From: an uncultured Spirochaetaceae bacterium
GTDB lineage: Bacteria; Myxococcota_A; UBA9160; UBA4427
Direction of reading: 5' to 3'
DNA: 64,000 bases
Assembly (NCBI GenBank): GCA_964488255.1
Contig: CAZAUR010000001.1
Location: 259,244 to 323,243 of the forward strand
Positions 38,782 through 49,249 of this stretch are shown here, piece after piece. A program made the translations under genes and the position numbers. Within the stretch, counting starts at the first letter, position 1; the number at the start of each line of letters is the position of its first letter. The notes under the pieces were generated by a model. It ran no database searches and was not told the origin of the DNA. It worked only from the letters and a program-made list of their open reading frames with translations.

Positions 38782-39680
38782 GTGTATTGACGCCGGACGC
38801 CGACGAGGGGCCCAAGATCCGACTCGGCCTGCCCAAGGGCAGCCTCCAGGAGACGACCGTCTCGCTCTTCGCGAAGGCGGGCTACGACGTCCGGATTTCG
38901 GGTCGCTCCTACTATCCATCCATCGATGATGCCGAGATCGAATGCATCTTGATCCGGCCGCAGGAGATGGCGCGCTACGTCGGGCAGGGCGTGCTCGACT
39001 GCGCGATCACGGGCCTCGACTGGGTCATCGAGTCCGGTGCCGACGTCGAAGAGCTCGCGGACCTGCGTGCGCCCTGGCCGAACTATGGGCCCGTGCGCTG
39101 GATCCTCGCGGTCAAGAACGACTCGCCCTTCCAGACGCCCAAGGATCTCGAAGGCAAGCGGATCGCGACCGAAGTGATGGGCATGACGGAGCGTTACTTC
39201 GCGGAGCAGGGCATCCAGGCCAAGCTCGAGTTCTCGTGGGGCGCGACCGAGGTCAAGCCTCCGGTCCTCGCCGATGCGATCGTCGACGTCACCGAGACCG
39301 GCTCGAGCCTGCGCGCGAACAACCTGCGCGTGATCGATCTGCTGCACGAGAGCACCCCGCGCCTGATTGCCCACCGGGCGTCGCTCCAGGACCCGTGGAA
39401 GCGCGGCAAGCTCGAGCGCGTGAAGATGCTGCTGATGGGTGCCATCGCCGCAGCGACGCGGGTCGGTCTCTCGATGAACGTGCCGAAGGACAAGATGGAA
39501 GGCGTACTCGCTCTCCTGCCGGACGCGGGCAAGCCGACGATCTCGCCGCTCGCCGACCCCGCCTGGGTCGACATCTTCGTGATCGTCGAGGAGTCCTTCG
39601 TGCGCGACCTGCTGCCCAAGCTGCACGAAGCGGGCGCGCGCGGAATCGTCGAGAACCCGCTCAACAAGATCATCGACTGA
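38778..39680 (+). CDS. hisG: ATP phosphoribosyltransferase (long form)
   Basis: GTG at 38778 (GTGA overlap with the hisI stop). Product contains [19 protein letters not shown]...[14 protein letters not shown] plus a C-terminal regulatory domain. The upstream part of ORF 38361-39680 is out-of-context junk. Confidence 0.85.
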   Translation: MSVLTPDADEGPKIRLGLPKGSLQETTVSLFAKAGYDVRISGRSYYPSIDDAEIECILIRPQEMARYVGQGVLDCAITGLDWVIESGADVEELADLRAPWPNYGPVRWILAVKNDSPFQTPKDLEGKRIATEVMGMTERYFAEQGIQAKLEFSWGATEVKPPVLADAIVDVTETGSSLRANNLRVIDLLHESTPRLIAHRASLQDPWKRGKLERVKMLLMGAIAAATRVGLSMNVPKDKMEGVLALLPDAGKPTISPLADPAWVDIFVIVEESFVRDLLPKLHEAGARGIVENPLNKIID

Positions 39681-39681
39681 C

Positions 39682-40317
39682 GTGCCCAGGCCGCGTCGGG
39701 ATCGCGCCGTCCATGCACGGGGGCGACTCGGCCGCTTCGTCGGTGGACTGAGCGACTACGTGCGAACTGCCTGGTGGGGGCTCGTCTCGCCGCGGGTTAC
39801 CGAGCGACGACCGCTCGCGATCTCCCAGGCGGTCGTGTTGCGCGGGGAGGGCGACGCGCGCGAGCTGTTGCTCACCCTGCGCGCGGATCTCTTCGGGTGG
39901 GAGCTGCCGGGCGGGACGATCGAACGCGGCGAGACGCCGCCCGAAGCGCTCGTCCGGGAAGTGCGGGAAGAGACGGGCCTCGAGATCGAATTGATTCGAC
40001 CCGTCGGCGACTGGATCCGTAAGGGGTTCCGTCCGCACACGGCGCACGTCTTCCTCGCGCGGGCCGTCGGCGGACATCTGCGCCCGTCGCACGAGACGCC
40101 GCGAGCAGGATGGTTCCCCGTCACGTCGCTTCCGGACGAACTCTTCCCCTGGTACGACGGACCGATCGATCGGGTGTTGAACGGTGGGCGAGATTTCATT
40201 TCGGTGAGTGAATTTCAAGGCATCGGATCGATCCTCGCGGCGATGCGGATCGATCTCGCGATGCGTTGGCGTGGCCTCCCGGACCCGCCTGCCGATACCC
40301 GACGCGACACTACGTAG
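39682..40317 (+). CDS. NUDIX hydrolase
   Basis: Nudix box [24 protein letters not shown]. Confidence 0.8.
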   Translation: MPRPRRDRAVHARGRLGRFVGGLSDYVRTAWWGLVSPRVTERRPLAISQAVVLRGEGDARELLLTLRADLFGWELPGGTIERGETPPEALVREVREETGLEIELIRPVGDWIRKGFRPHTAHVFLARAVGGHLRPSHETPRAGWFPVTSLPDELFPWYDGPIDRVLNGGRDFISVSEFQGIGSILAAMRIDLAMRWRGLPDPPADTRRDTT

Positions 40318-40440
40318 AGTCGGACCCGGCGGCATCGGCGCTGCCGCGCCCCGCGCGTCAGGTGTAACCTGAGATACAGTTTCTCGACAGCGATTCCCCC
40401 CATCGCTCCCCCCGGAACCTGTCTGGCCGGAAGTCCATCG

Positions 40441-42293
40441 ATGGAATCGTGCGCCACACTCGCCTGGGACGCCGTGCTTCAGGGCGTGGTCTCGCTCGCG
40501 ATGCTGCTCGTCGCACTGTCGTTCGTGCTGTCTCGCATCCGGGATCTCGCGGCCTTCTACTGGATCCTCGCATGGGCAGCGTTACTCGTCGGTGGAGCGC
40601 TCCTGATCGTCGCGGCCGGGCTCTTCCCGCCGGCGCGTTATGCGGCCTACGTCGGCGAGGCCTGGATGGCCCCGCTGCTCTTCACGGGCGCGCTCGCGCT
40701 CGCGAATCGTCAGCCGCGGCATCAATGGCCGATCCTGGTCGGGTTGCTCGCGGGTTCGTCGCGCGCAGCGATCGACTACTTCGGGCAGTCGGCGATGCCC
40801 GGTCTGCAAATGCTCGATCCGATCCACAGCGCCACGATCGCGCCGGCGTTCCTGCTCGCAACCGCGATCGTCGTGTATCGCGCGCCCGAACCGGTGGCGT
40901 TCCGCGTGCCGATCGTGGTCCTCGTCGTCGGCTATCTCTGCGTCGAGCTCGCCGACGCGTATTTCGACTGGCAGGCGGGCCACAACGTCGCGCCCTGGCG
41001 GCTGCAGCTCACCTTCGCGCTTCCGCTCTTCGCGGTACAGATGGCCTCGCGTCTGCTGCAGCTCGGGGAGGGCGCTGCCGAGGCCCAGCGTGCGCACGAC
41101 GAGGCAGTTCGCGCGCGACGCCACGAGCGCGACCGCGTCGAGCTGGTCTTCTCGCAGGTGCAGGAGCTGATCGCCGAGGTCGACGAGGACACGCGGATCC
41201 TCTTCGTGAACGGCCGCGCGACCGAAGTCCTCGGCATCGATCCAGAGATCCTGATCGGTCGCTTCGGCCTCGACTTCGTTCCCGAGGACCGGCGCGACGA
41301 CACCATCGCCGAGTTCCGGCGCCTGCTCGCGCGCGGCGAGCTCGGGGAGCCCCATCTCGTGCCCGTGCCGCGGGCGGACGGCGAGACGGTCTTTCTCGAG
41401 GTCACGATCTCGCGCTACGGGGACGCGGGCGGGCGTCGGCTGCTCGTGGTCGCGCGGGACGTGACGGCGCGGGTCGAGACCGAGCGGGCGATGGCGCTCG
41501 ACGCGACGTCCTCGTACAGCGCGTCGAAGAGCAGACCCACGTGCTGCGCGCGTCCCTCGATCGGTTGCGCGAGCAGGAGAGACTCGCCGCGGTCGGGACG
41601 CTGGCCTCGGGCATCGCGCATCAGATCAACAACCCGGTCGGCGCGATCTCCGCGGCGGCGGAGTTCGCGCTCCTCTCTGCCTCCGAACCGGACGCAGAGA
41701 AGATCCGCGAGGCGTCTCTCAACCGGATCGTCGAGGAGTCGGCGCGTGCCGGGCGGATCGTGAAGAGCATCCTCCGGTTCGCGCGGCACGGGACGACGAA
41801 CAAATGGGTCGACGATCTCGGCGCGGTCGTGCGCCGGTCGGTCGAGCTCATGCGTCCCTACGTCGACGAGCGGGGCGGACACCTCGACTTCGAGGGAAGC
41901 GAGACAGCGATGCCCGTCGTGATGAGTCCGATCGAGATCGAGCAGATGATGGTGAACCTCGTCCGCAACGCGGCGGAGTCGCTGCGCGAGGGCGGCCGGG
42001 TGATGGTCCGCACCGAGGCGGCGGGCGGCTCGGCGCTCGTCGAGGTGATCGACCAGGGGCGCGGTATGGACGCGGACACCCGCGCGCAGGTCTTCGATCC
42101 CTTCTTCACGACCCGCTTGCGCGATGGCGGATCGGGGCTCGGCCTATCGGTCGTGCACGGGATCGTGTCCGAGCACGCGGGCGAGATCGAGATCGAGAGC
42201 GAACCGGACCGGGGCACCCGCGTGGGCATCCGATTTCCCATGAGCCCGCTCGATCCGACCAGACCGTCCGACGCCCCCGCCGATCGCGTCTGA
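40441..42293 (+). pseudogene. Membrane-bound PAS sensor histidine kinase (paralogue A), reading frame broken once
   Basis: The multi-TM sensor and PAS region are in the frame of ORF 40441. The H-box (SGIAHQINNPVGAI) and HATPase boxes (NLVRNAAES, DQGRGMD, DPFFTTR, GGSGLGLS) are in the frame of ORF 40449. The frames switch around 41490-41510. This is either a real frameshift or a sequence error. Confidence 0.7.
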
Positions 42294-42317
42294 TCCCGCG
42301 CCGGACGGCGCGTCGCC

Positions 42318-44624
42318 ATGGCTACGCTCGCGCCGCGCCCGGCCCTTGCCGGTGCCCCACGTCCCACCCCGAGGAGCCCACGCGTGTCCACCGTCGAGAC
42401 CCGCCACACCTTCTGCCGCATCTGCGAATCGCTCTGCGGGCTCGAGGTCGACGTCGACGAGGCGGGCCGCGTCCAGGCGATCCGGCCCGACGAGGCGCAC
42501 GTCGAGACCGCTGGCTTCGCTTGTGTGAAGGGCCTGAAGCAGCACAGGCTCTACGACACCCCCGACCGGCTCCGCCATCCGATGAAGCGGGTCGGCGACC
42601 GCTTCGAGCGGATCTCCTGGGAGCAGGCCCTCGCGGAAATCGGCGCGAAGGTGCAGGCGCTGCGGGCCGAGCAGGGCGCCGACTCGATCGGCATGTACGT
42701 GGGCACCGCCGCCGGCTTCAGCCTCTTGCATCCGATCTTCGCGCAGGGGTTCATGAACGGTGTGGGCTCGAAGAGCATGTACGCGTCTTCGACCCAGGAC
42801 TGCAGCAACAAGTTCGCGGTCGCCCGGGAGGTCTACGGCTTCCCCTTCACGCAGCCCTTCCCGGACCTCGACCACGTGCGCTGCCTGATCATCGTCGGCG
42901 CGAATCCCCTCGTCTCGAAGTGGAGCTTCCTGCAGGTCCCCAATCCCGGGAAGCGGTTGCGGGAGATCGAAGCCCGGGGCGGCGACGTCTGGATCGTCGA
43001 TCCGCGGCGCACCGAGACCGCGAAGGTCGCTGGCGAACACGTGCCGATCCGTCCCGGCACGGACGTCTTTTTCTACCTGAGCTTCCTGCACGAGCTGATC
43101 GAGACCCGTGGCATCGACGAAGCCCTGCTGCGCGAACACACGAGCGGGTTCGACACGATCCGCGCCCTCGCGGCCGAGTGGCCGGCGGAGCGGACCGCAG
43201 AGGTGACGCGTATTCCGGCGGAGATCCTGCGTGCGATGGTGCGGAGCTATCGCGAGGCGGACGGGGCCGCGCTCTACTGCTCGACCGGCGTCAACATGGG
43301 CGGGCAGGGCGCGCTCGCCTTCTGGATCCAGGAGGTCATCAACGCCGTCTCCGGCAACCTGGACCGGCCGGGTGGCCTCCTGCTGGGACGCGGGATCGTC
43401 GACTTCGCGCGCTTCGGCGCGAAGTCGGGCTTCGGTCTGCGAGAGGACCGCTCGCGGGTCGGCGGCTTCGCGTCGGTGAACGATGCCTATCCCGGTGGCA
43501 TCCTCGCCGACGAGATCCTGACGCCGGGCGAGGGGCAGCTCCGCGCGCTCTTCGTGACCGGCGGGAACCCGCTGATCACGATGGCCGGCGCCAATCGCCT
43601 GCGCGACGCCTTCGAGGAGCTCGAGCTGCTCGTCACGATCGACATCCTGCCGAACGAGACCGGGCAGATCGCGGACTACATGCTGCCGGCGACGACCCCC
43701 TTCGAGCGGCCGGATCTGCCCTTCGCGTTTCCGCTCCTGATGGGCATGCAGTCGCATCCCTACCTGCAGGCCACGGAGGCGGTGATCCCCGCCGACGCGG
43801 AGCAGCGCGACGAGGCGAGCATCTACCTGGACCTCGCGCGCGCGTGCGACAGCCCGCTCTTCGGGTCACGAATCGCGCAGCGCGTGCTCGAGTGGGTCGC
43901 TCGGCGCTTCGGCCCCTCGAGGTCGGGTCTGCCGGCGTCCCTGCCGCAGGCCGGCTTGATGAGCCTGCTCCTGCGTGTCACCGGCCACGGCAGCTTCCGT
44001 CGACTCCTCGGCGATCGCCACGGCAGGCGTCTCGCGCCGCAACAGGCGAACAGTTATCTCGGCAAGCAGGTCGCGCACGAGGACGGCCGGATCGCGCTCG
44101 CGCCCGAGGCGCTGATGGCGCGCGCCACCGGCCTCGAAGACGCGTTCGAGTCGGAGCGGCGCGAGCCCGGGAGGCTCAAGCTGATCACGAAGCGGCACGT
44201 GAAGACCCACAACTCGTGGACGCACAACGAGCCGAGCTTCATGACCGGCACCTTCACGACGAATCACGTCTACATGCACCCCGAGGACGCGAAGGCGGCG
44301 GGGCTGACAGGAGGCGATCTCGCGGACGTCCGGTCCGAGACGGGTCGCATCCGGTTGCCGGTCCAGCTCCTGGCCGACCTGCAGCCCGGGACGGTCGCGA
44401 TTCCGCACGGCTGGGGACATCAGCACGCGGAAGGGCTGTCGACGGCGCGAAAGACGACCGGGGTGAACGTGAACGTGTTGGCGAGATCGGGGCCGGGGGC
44501 GGTGGAGCCGTTGTCGGGCATGTCGCGCCTGACCGCGATTCCCGTCGACGTCGGGCCCGCGGACGGGCCGCTCGATCCGCGCAGCTGGGCGGGGATCCCC
44601 GCTTCCGAAGCCCAGAAGCATTAG
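42318..44624 (+). CDS. Molybdopterin (bis-MGD) oxidoreductase-family protein
   Basis: 768-aa ORF with the N-terminal 4Fe-4S motif CRICESLCG...FACVKG and length and architecture typical of the family. Substrate unknown. Confidence 0.8.
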   Translation: MATLAPRPALAGAPRPTPRSPRVSTVETRHTFCRICESLCGLEVDVDEAGRVQAIRPDEAHVETAGFACVKGLKQHRLYDTPDRLRHPMKRVGDRFERISWEQALAEIGAKVQALRAEQGADSIGMYVGTAAGFSLLHPIFAQGFMNGVGSKSMYASSTQDCSNKFAVAREVYGFPFTQPFPDLDHVRCLIIVGANPLVSKWSFLQVPNPGKRLREIEARGGDVWIVDPRRTETAKVAGEHVPIRPGTDVFFYLSFLHELIETRGIDEALLREHTSGFDTIRALAAEWPAERTAEVTRIPAEILRAMVRSYREADGAALYCSTGVNMGGQGALAFWIQEVINAVSGNLDRPGGLLLGRGIVDFARFGAKSGFGLREDRSRVGGFASVNDAYPGGILADEILTPGEGQLRALFVTGGNPLITMAGANRLRDAFEELELLVTIDILPNETGQIADYMLPATTPFERPDLPFAFPLLMGMQSHPYLQATEAVIPADAEQRDEASIYLDLARACDSPLFGSRIAQRVLEWVARRFGPSRSGLPASLPQAGLMSLLLRVTGHGSFRRLLGDRHGRRLAPQQANSYLGKQVAHEDGRIALAPEALMARATGLEDAFESERREPGRLKLITKRHVKTHNSWTHNEPSFMTGTFTTNHVYMHPEDAKAAGLTGGDLADVRSETGRIRLPVQLLADLQPGTVAIPHGWGHQHAEGLSTARKTTGVNVNVLARSGPGAVEPLSGMSRLTAIPVDVGPADGPLDPRSWAGIPASEAQKH

Positions 44625-44740
44625 GCGACGAAGGGCGGGCGTTTGTCGCTCGCGGGACCCTTTCGACGTCTTCCGCGATACCTTGGTGACGTCTTCTCCC
44701 GCCGCCGATCGGCTGGCTTCGGGAGATCAGGGGAGCGCGC

Positions 44741-45330
44741 GTGTTCGGTCCCAGCGATCCCGTCGCCATCGAGATGCTCGCGAGCGTGCTCTTCGCCGTG
44801 GGCATGGCTGCCGTTCTCGCTGGTGTGCTGTGCCTGTCGAGCGACGAGCGGCCCGGCGGATTCTGGCTGTTCGGCTGGGCCGCGCTGCTCCTGACGGGCG
44901 GGTTCTACGGGAGCGAAGCGAACGGTTGGCAGGGCGCCTCGGTGCTCGGATGTTGATCGACGGGCTCTTCGCGCCCCTCATGTGGCTCGGCAGCGTCTCG
45001 ATCCTGCGCGGCGGCGCCCCCGCCTGGTGGCCGCTCGTGGTCGGCTTCGCGGCCGGTCTGCTGCGCGTCTTTGCGACGTCGCAGTCCCTCGACGCGCTGG
45101 TCGTCCTGATTTCCCTGGTGGCGCCCGCTTTCCTCGCCGCGTCCGCTTGGATGATGTGGCAAGCGCCCGGTCAGGTTCGCTTCGGTCGCACGATCGCGGC
45201 TTTCTTCGGGGTCCTCGTCGCGGTCGAGCTCGCGGATGCGATCATCGACGCGACGCGATCGGAGAACTGCGTCCAGTACGAGCTCTTCGCCGCGCTCGGA
45301 CTGCCTCTCGCGGCGATCCAGATCGCGTAG
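44741..45330 (+). pseudogene. Fragmented membrane-sensor module of histidine kinase paralogue B
   Basis: Piece 44741-44956 and piece 44950-45330 lie in different frames. Together they align with the TM region of paralogue A (for example VELADAIIDA vs VELADAYFDW). An in-frame TAG at 45328-45330 separates them from the kinase core. Confidence 0.6.
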
Positions 45331-45354
45331 CGTGTCGACGCGCTCCGCCAGGGA

Positions 45355-46545
45355 ATGGTGACGGCGCAAGCCGCGCCCGACGCCGCCGAGCGAAGACGCG
45401 ACCTCGAGCGCACGCATTTCCACGGGCTCTTCGACGCGATGAAGGAGCTCGTCGCCGAGCTCGAAGTCGATACCCGAATCATCTTCGTCAACCGTCGGGT
45501 CCGGGACCTGCTCGGCCTCGACGTCGATGCGCTGATCGGCACCCGCGCGCTCGACTACGTCGACCCTGCGACTCGCTTCGAGGCGGAAGAGCTCTGGCGC
45601 AAACAGGCCAAGTCCGGAGGACTCGAGCGTCCGATCACCTTCGGTGTGCCGCGCGCCGACGGCTCGGGCCAGGTCTTCCTCGAGATCACCGTGTCGGAGC
45701 AGATGTTGGACGGGCAGCGCCGCTACCTCGTGCTCGCGCGCGACGTGACGGGGCGGCACGAGACCGCCGAGCGGCTCGAAGCGCGGCAGCAGGAGCTCGA
45801 GGCGAGCATCGCGCGGAGCCGAGACGAGCTCCGCGCGTCCCGACTTCGGCTCGAAGACCAGGAGCGACTCGCGGTCGTGGGCACCCTCGCTTCGGGCATC
45901 GCGCACCAGATCAACAATCCCCTCGGAGCGATCCTCGCGGCGGCCGACTTCGCGCTGCTCGAGCCGGACGTCGCCAGGCGCGAAGACGTGATGAGAGACG
46001 CGCTCGCGCGGATCGCCTCGGAGACCAAGCGCGCGGGTCGGATCGTGAAGAGCATCCTGCGATTCGCGCGGCACGGCGCGACCCCGAAATGGCTCGACGA
46101 TCTCGGCCCGGTCGTTCGTCGCTCGGCGGAGCTGTGCCGCGACTACGTCCGAGATCGCGGCGGGGTCCTGGAGCTCGCGGTGACGCTCGAGGAACTCCGG
46201 GTTCTGATGAGTCCGATCGAGATCGAGCAGTTGGTCGTCAATCTCGTCCACAACGCGGCGGAGTCGAGGTCGACCGGCGCGCGCGTGCAGGTCGAGGTCG
46301 ACCAGTCCGATTCGCGGCACGCGAGGATTCGCGTCCGCGACGACGGGGACGGGGTCCCATCGACCGCGATCGCCGAGGTCTTCGACCCGTTCTACACGAC
46401 ACGGATCCAGGAGGGCGGCTCGGGCCTCGGCCTGTCGGTCGCGCACGGGATCGTCGAAGACCACGGAGGCACGATCGCGATCGACAGCGCGCCGCGCCGC
46501 GGCACGACCGTCACCATCGAGATCCCGGTCCGCAGGCGCGCGTAG
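45355..46545 (+). CDS. PAS sensor histidine kinase core (paralogue B), intact PAS-DHp-HATPase
   Basis: 396-aa ORF with H-box SGIAHQINNPLGAI, then NLVHNAAES, DDGDGVP, DPFYTTR and GGSGLGLS. Same frame as the upstream membrane piece, interrupted by TAG. Confidence 0.8.
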   Translation: MVTAQAAPDAAERRRDLERTHFHGLFDAMKELVAELEVDTRIIFVNRRVRDLLGLDVDALIGTRALDYVDPATRFEAEELWRKQAKSGGLERPITFGVPRADGSGQVFLEITVSEQMLDGQRRYLVLARDVTGRHETAERLEARQQELEASIARSRDELRASRLRLEDQERLAVVGTLASGIAHQINNPLGAILAAADFALLEPDVARREDVMRDALARIASETKRAGRIVKSILRFARHGATPKWLDDLGPVVRRSAELCRDYVRDRGGVLELAVTLEELRVLMSPIEIEQLVVNLVHNAAESRSTGARVQVEVDQSDSRHARIRVRDDGDGVPSTAIAEVFDPFYTTRIQEGGSGLGLSVAHGIVEDHGGTIAIDSAPRRGTTVTIEIPVRRRA

Positions 46546-46730
46546 CGGGCGTACCGCGCCGTTCTCGCCCTCGCGGGTCGGTGTCGGGCTTACCCATGCC
46601 GCGGAACGGGGGTAGATCCCCAGCGACGGGGGAGGGGAGATCGGCCACCTTGCCACGACGTCGCGCGCACGTCCGGGCCGGGCGGCTCCGAGGTGTCGAG
46701 GCGCGCGCATGATCCGGAGCTCCCCCCGCC

Positions 46731-47966
46731 ATGGATCAAGTCTTCACCCTCGCGTGGGAGTCCCTGCTCCAGGGACTCGGTGTCTTCGTCCGGGGCGTCC
46801 TCCTCCTGGGCGCACTCACGTCCGTCGGCCGCGAACTCGCAGGCGGCTTGTGGATGCTCGGCTGGACGGCGCTACTGCTCACGGCGGGATTCTTCCTGGC
46901 CGCGGATGCGGGTTACCCGTTCACTCGACACGTTGCCTTCGTGGCGGTCGGGCTCTTTCCGCCCCTCATGTTGATGGGGGCGATCGAGCTGCATCCGCGC
47001 CGTTCGGCGCCTCACTGGCCGCTCGGGGTCGGGGTCGCCGCTGGGCTCGCGCGGGTCGCCCTGATGGAGACCGGTTTCCCGCTCGCCTGCGCGATCATGT
47101 GCGCGGTCCTCGGACCCGCGTTCCTGTTCGGTGCCGCACGCTATGTCTGGACGGCGCCAGCCGCGGTGCAGTACCGCCGCGTGATCGGCGGACTCTTCAT
47201 CGCGCTCGCGGCGGAACGAAGGAACCCGTCGTCGTTCCCATGGAGACGGCGTACGGAACGCGCATCTATCTCGAGTGCACCGTTTCGGACTACGCGTTCC
47301 CCTGCGAAGCCCGCTTGCTCGTGATCTGCCCGGACGTGACGGAGCGTCGGCGCGACGCGGACCGTCGCGACGAGCGCGAGCGCGAACTCGAGCAGCGCAT
47401 CGACGAGACGGCGTCGGAGCTCCGGGGGTTCGTCGACCGGGTGCGCGAGCAGGAACGCCTCGCGACGATGGGCACCCTCGCGTCCGGGCTCGCCCACCAG
47501 CTCAACAATCCGATCGGGGCCATCTCGACGGCAGCCGAGTTCGCGCTGCGCGCGCGGAGAACGGGACGCGCGGGCGGTGGCGGACGAAGCGCTCGAGCGG
47601 ATCGTAGACGAGGCGAAGCGCGCGGGGCGCATCGTCCGCAGCAGCATCGGCTTCGCGAAGGCCTCCGATACCCCCATGTGGTCCGAAGATCTCGGCGGGC
47701 TCGTGCGCCGCATGGCGGAGATCGTGCGCCCCTACGTCGCCGCGCGCGGGGGCTCCCTCGCGCTCCCGGTCACCGGCGAGTCGACGCCGATGGCAATGCG
47801 TCCGATCGAGCTCGAGCAGATGCTCGTGAACCTCGTCCGGAACGCGGCGGAGTCGAGCGCCGACGGCGCGCACATCGAGCTCCGGACCCGGGTGTCCGGC
47901 GATCAAGCGGTGGTCGAGGTGATCGACGACGGTCTCGGCATCCCCGCCGAAGCGCGCGCTTCCTGA
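46731..47966 (+). pseudogene. Histidine kinase paralogue C, heavily degraded (deletions, at least 2 frame changes, 3' truncation)
   Basis: The TM region (46731 to about 47215) joins directly to the PAS tail VVVPMETAYGTRIYLECTVSDY in another frame. H-box SGLAHQLNNPIGAI. A third frame (47577-47966) carries NLVRNAAES and DDGLGIP. It ends before the DPFFTTR and G2 boxes. Confidence 0.7.
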
Positions 47967-48066
47967 TCCCGCCCCCGGCCGCGTGAGGCGCGAACGCCCT
48001 CGAAATGAGAAACGCCCCCGGTTCCGGTCGGATCCGAGGGCATCTGATTTCGCTCGCGCGCGGTGC

Positions 48067-48564
48067 CTAGCGTCGCTGCTCGCGGAGGCCGCTGGCTTCC
48101 CACTCCTTCGAGAGCTGCTTCAGCTTTCGCGAGAACTCTTCGAAGGGATCGTCGAAGGAGAGGATGATCTCCGTCGTGCGCGGGATGTCGTCGCCGTTGA
48201 GCAGACCGCGGTAGCGATTCAGGTTCGCGAGGATCGCCTCGGCGACCTTCAGGGCGCGCTTCTCCGTCTTGATCAGGGGCGACTGGAGCGTGTAGACGTT
48301 GTTGCGTCCCCAGAGACTCTCGTCGCGGACGATCGCGATCTCGCGGTAGACGCCGTTGATCGGATCGAAGTTGTACTCGACGCGGACCTCCTTGAAGATG
48401 TCCGAGTTGCCGGTGTAGAACCCGCGCTCCTTCTCGACCTTACCGAGTTGGCGGCAGCGGGGGCAATAGAAGGTGTCGCCGTGATTGAGGAGGAAGACGC
48501 CCTTGGCGTAGTCCTCGCAATCCGTGTTCTCGCAATATCCAACGCCGCGCTTCATGCTGGCCAT
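48067..48564 (-). CDS. Hypothetical zinc-ribbon protein (orphan, family not recognised)
   Basis: 165-aa ORF with a non-low-complexity, K/N/Y/F/E-rich sequence (MASMKRGVGYCENTDCEDYAKGVFLLNHGDTFYCPRCRQLG...). It contains Cx5C...CxxC. Locally lower GC than its neighbours, and flanked by non-coding DNA on both sides. Confidence 0.6.
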   Translation of the reverse strand: MASMKRGVGYCENTDCEDYAKGVFLLNHGDTFYCPRCRQLGKVEKERGFYTGNSDIFKEVRVEYNFDPINGVYREIAIVRDESLWGRNNVYTLQSPLIKTEKRALKVAEAILANLNRYRGLLNGDDIPRTTEIILSFDDPFEEFSRKLKQLSKEWEASGLREQRR

Positions 48565-49249
48565 CCTGGTGGATGCCTCCTTCGGTTCGTGCGTCTCTCC
48601 CGGTTCCCCACCAGTGATCCAGGGCGCCGCACGTTCCGTCTGATTCGCTTTCGTAGAAGAGCAAGCCGTGTGCCATGGACGGGATTGGCTGGGGGGCGTT
48701 CCGTCCCGGAGCGAGCTTGCCGATGTTACCCGAATTCCCTGCCGGTCGATTGCCTTCGATCCGCTTCGAATCCGCCTCCGAAGGTGAGGGCTCGTCTCCG
48801 GATCGTGATCAGGACGCTCTCACGCCCGCTTTCGTTCCCCCGAGCGCCGTGCTCGTGAAACCGAACACCGCGCCGCGGGGCTGCTTGCGGGGTCGCCGTG
48901 GGACGCGTTCGGGCCCAAAAGTGGAAGAAGACTTCCGCTGCTCACGCAGTGCGCAATTCCTGTCGCAGTCGCGTCCCGGTCGGAGGGCACCGACGGGGCG
49001 AAGGCGCGGCTTCCGGAGGAGTCCGGGCACGCCGCACGTCGCCAGGGGGTGGCGGGGGCTTCTGCGGTCGCTTGCGTGGCGCTGCAAGCGACGCGAGAGG
49101 GGCGTGGGGAGCGCAGTCTCCTTCGAGTCTAGGGGGCTTCAAACGCGTGCCGGGTGAACCCGATCGCCACAATGTTTCCGGAGACCCGGTCGTTGTCAAC
49201 CGCGATTTGATTTTGGACCGTGTTCTCTTCGTCGCCCTGCCGCGACGCG

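Noticed and set aside
42318-44624. The molybdopterin oxidoreductase, considered as a second selenoprotein (formate-dehydrogenase type).
   Set aside because: The ORF is uninterrupted with no in-frame TGA, and I could not identify a Sec or Cys Mo-ligand position from the sequence alone.
45328-45330. In-frame TAG between the membrane module and the kinase core of paralogue B, considered as programmed read-through or pyrrolysine.
   Set aside because: There is no pyl context. The same gene also has a frameshift, and its neighbour is grossly degraded. Ordinary pseudogenisation, or a split gene restarting at ATG 45355, is the simpler explanation.
48750-48775. TTCGAATCC T-loop-like strings, here and at 62541-62550, considered as tRNA genes.
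   Set aside because: The flanking bases do not form a T-stem or acceptor stem. The second site lies inside a well-supported CDS start.
49000-49140. GGAGGAGTCCGGGCAC, which resembles the RNase P RNA P4 motif GAGGAAAGUCCGGGC. Also GGGGCTGCTTGCGGGG near 48885, considered as a tmRNA 5' end.
   Set aside because: The other universally conserved RNase P and tmRNA elements are absent nearby: the ACAGAAxCCGGCUUA-type segment, the tRNA-like T-arm and the CCA end. These are isolated chance matches.
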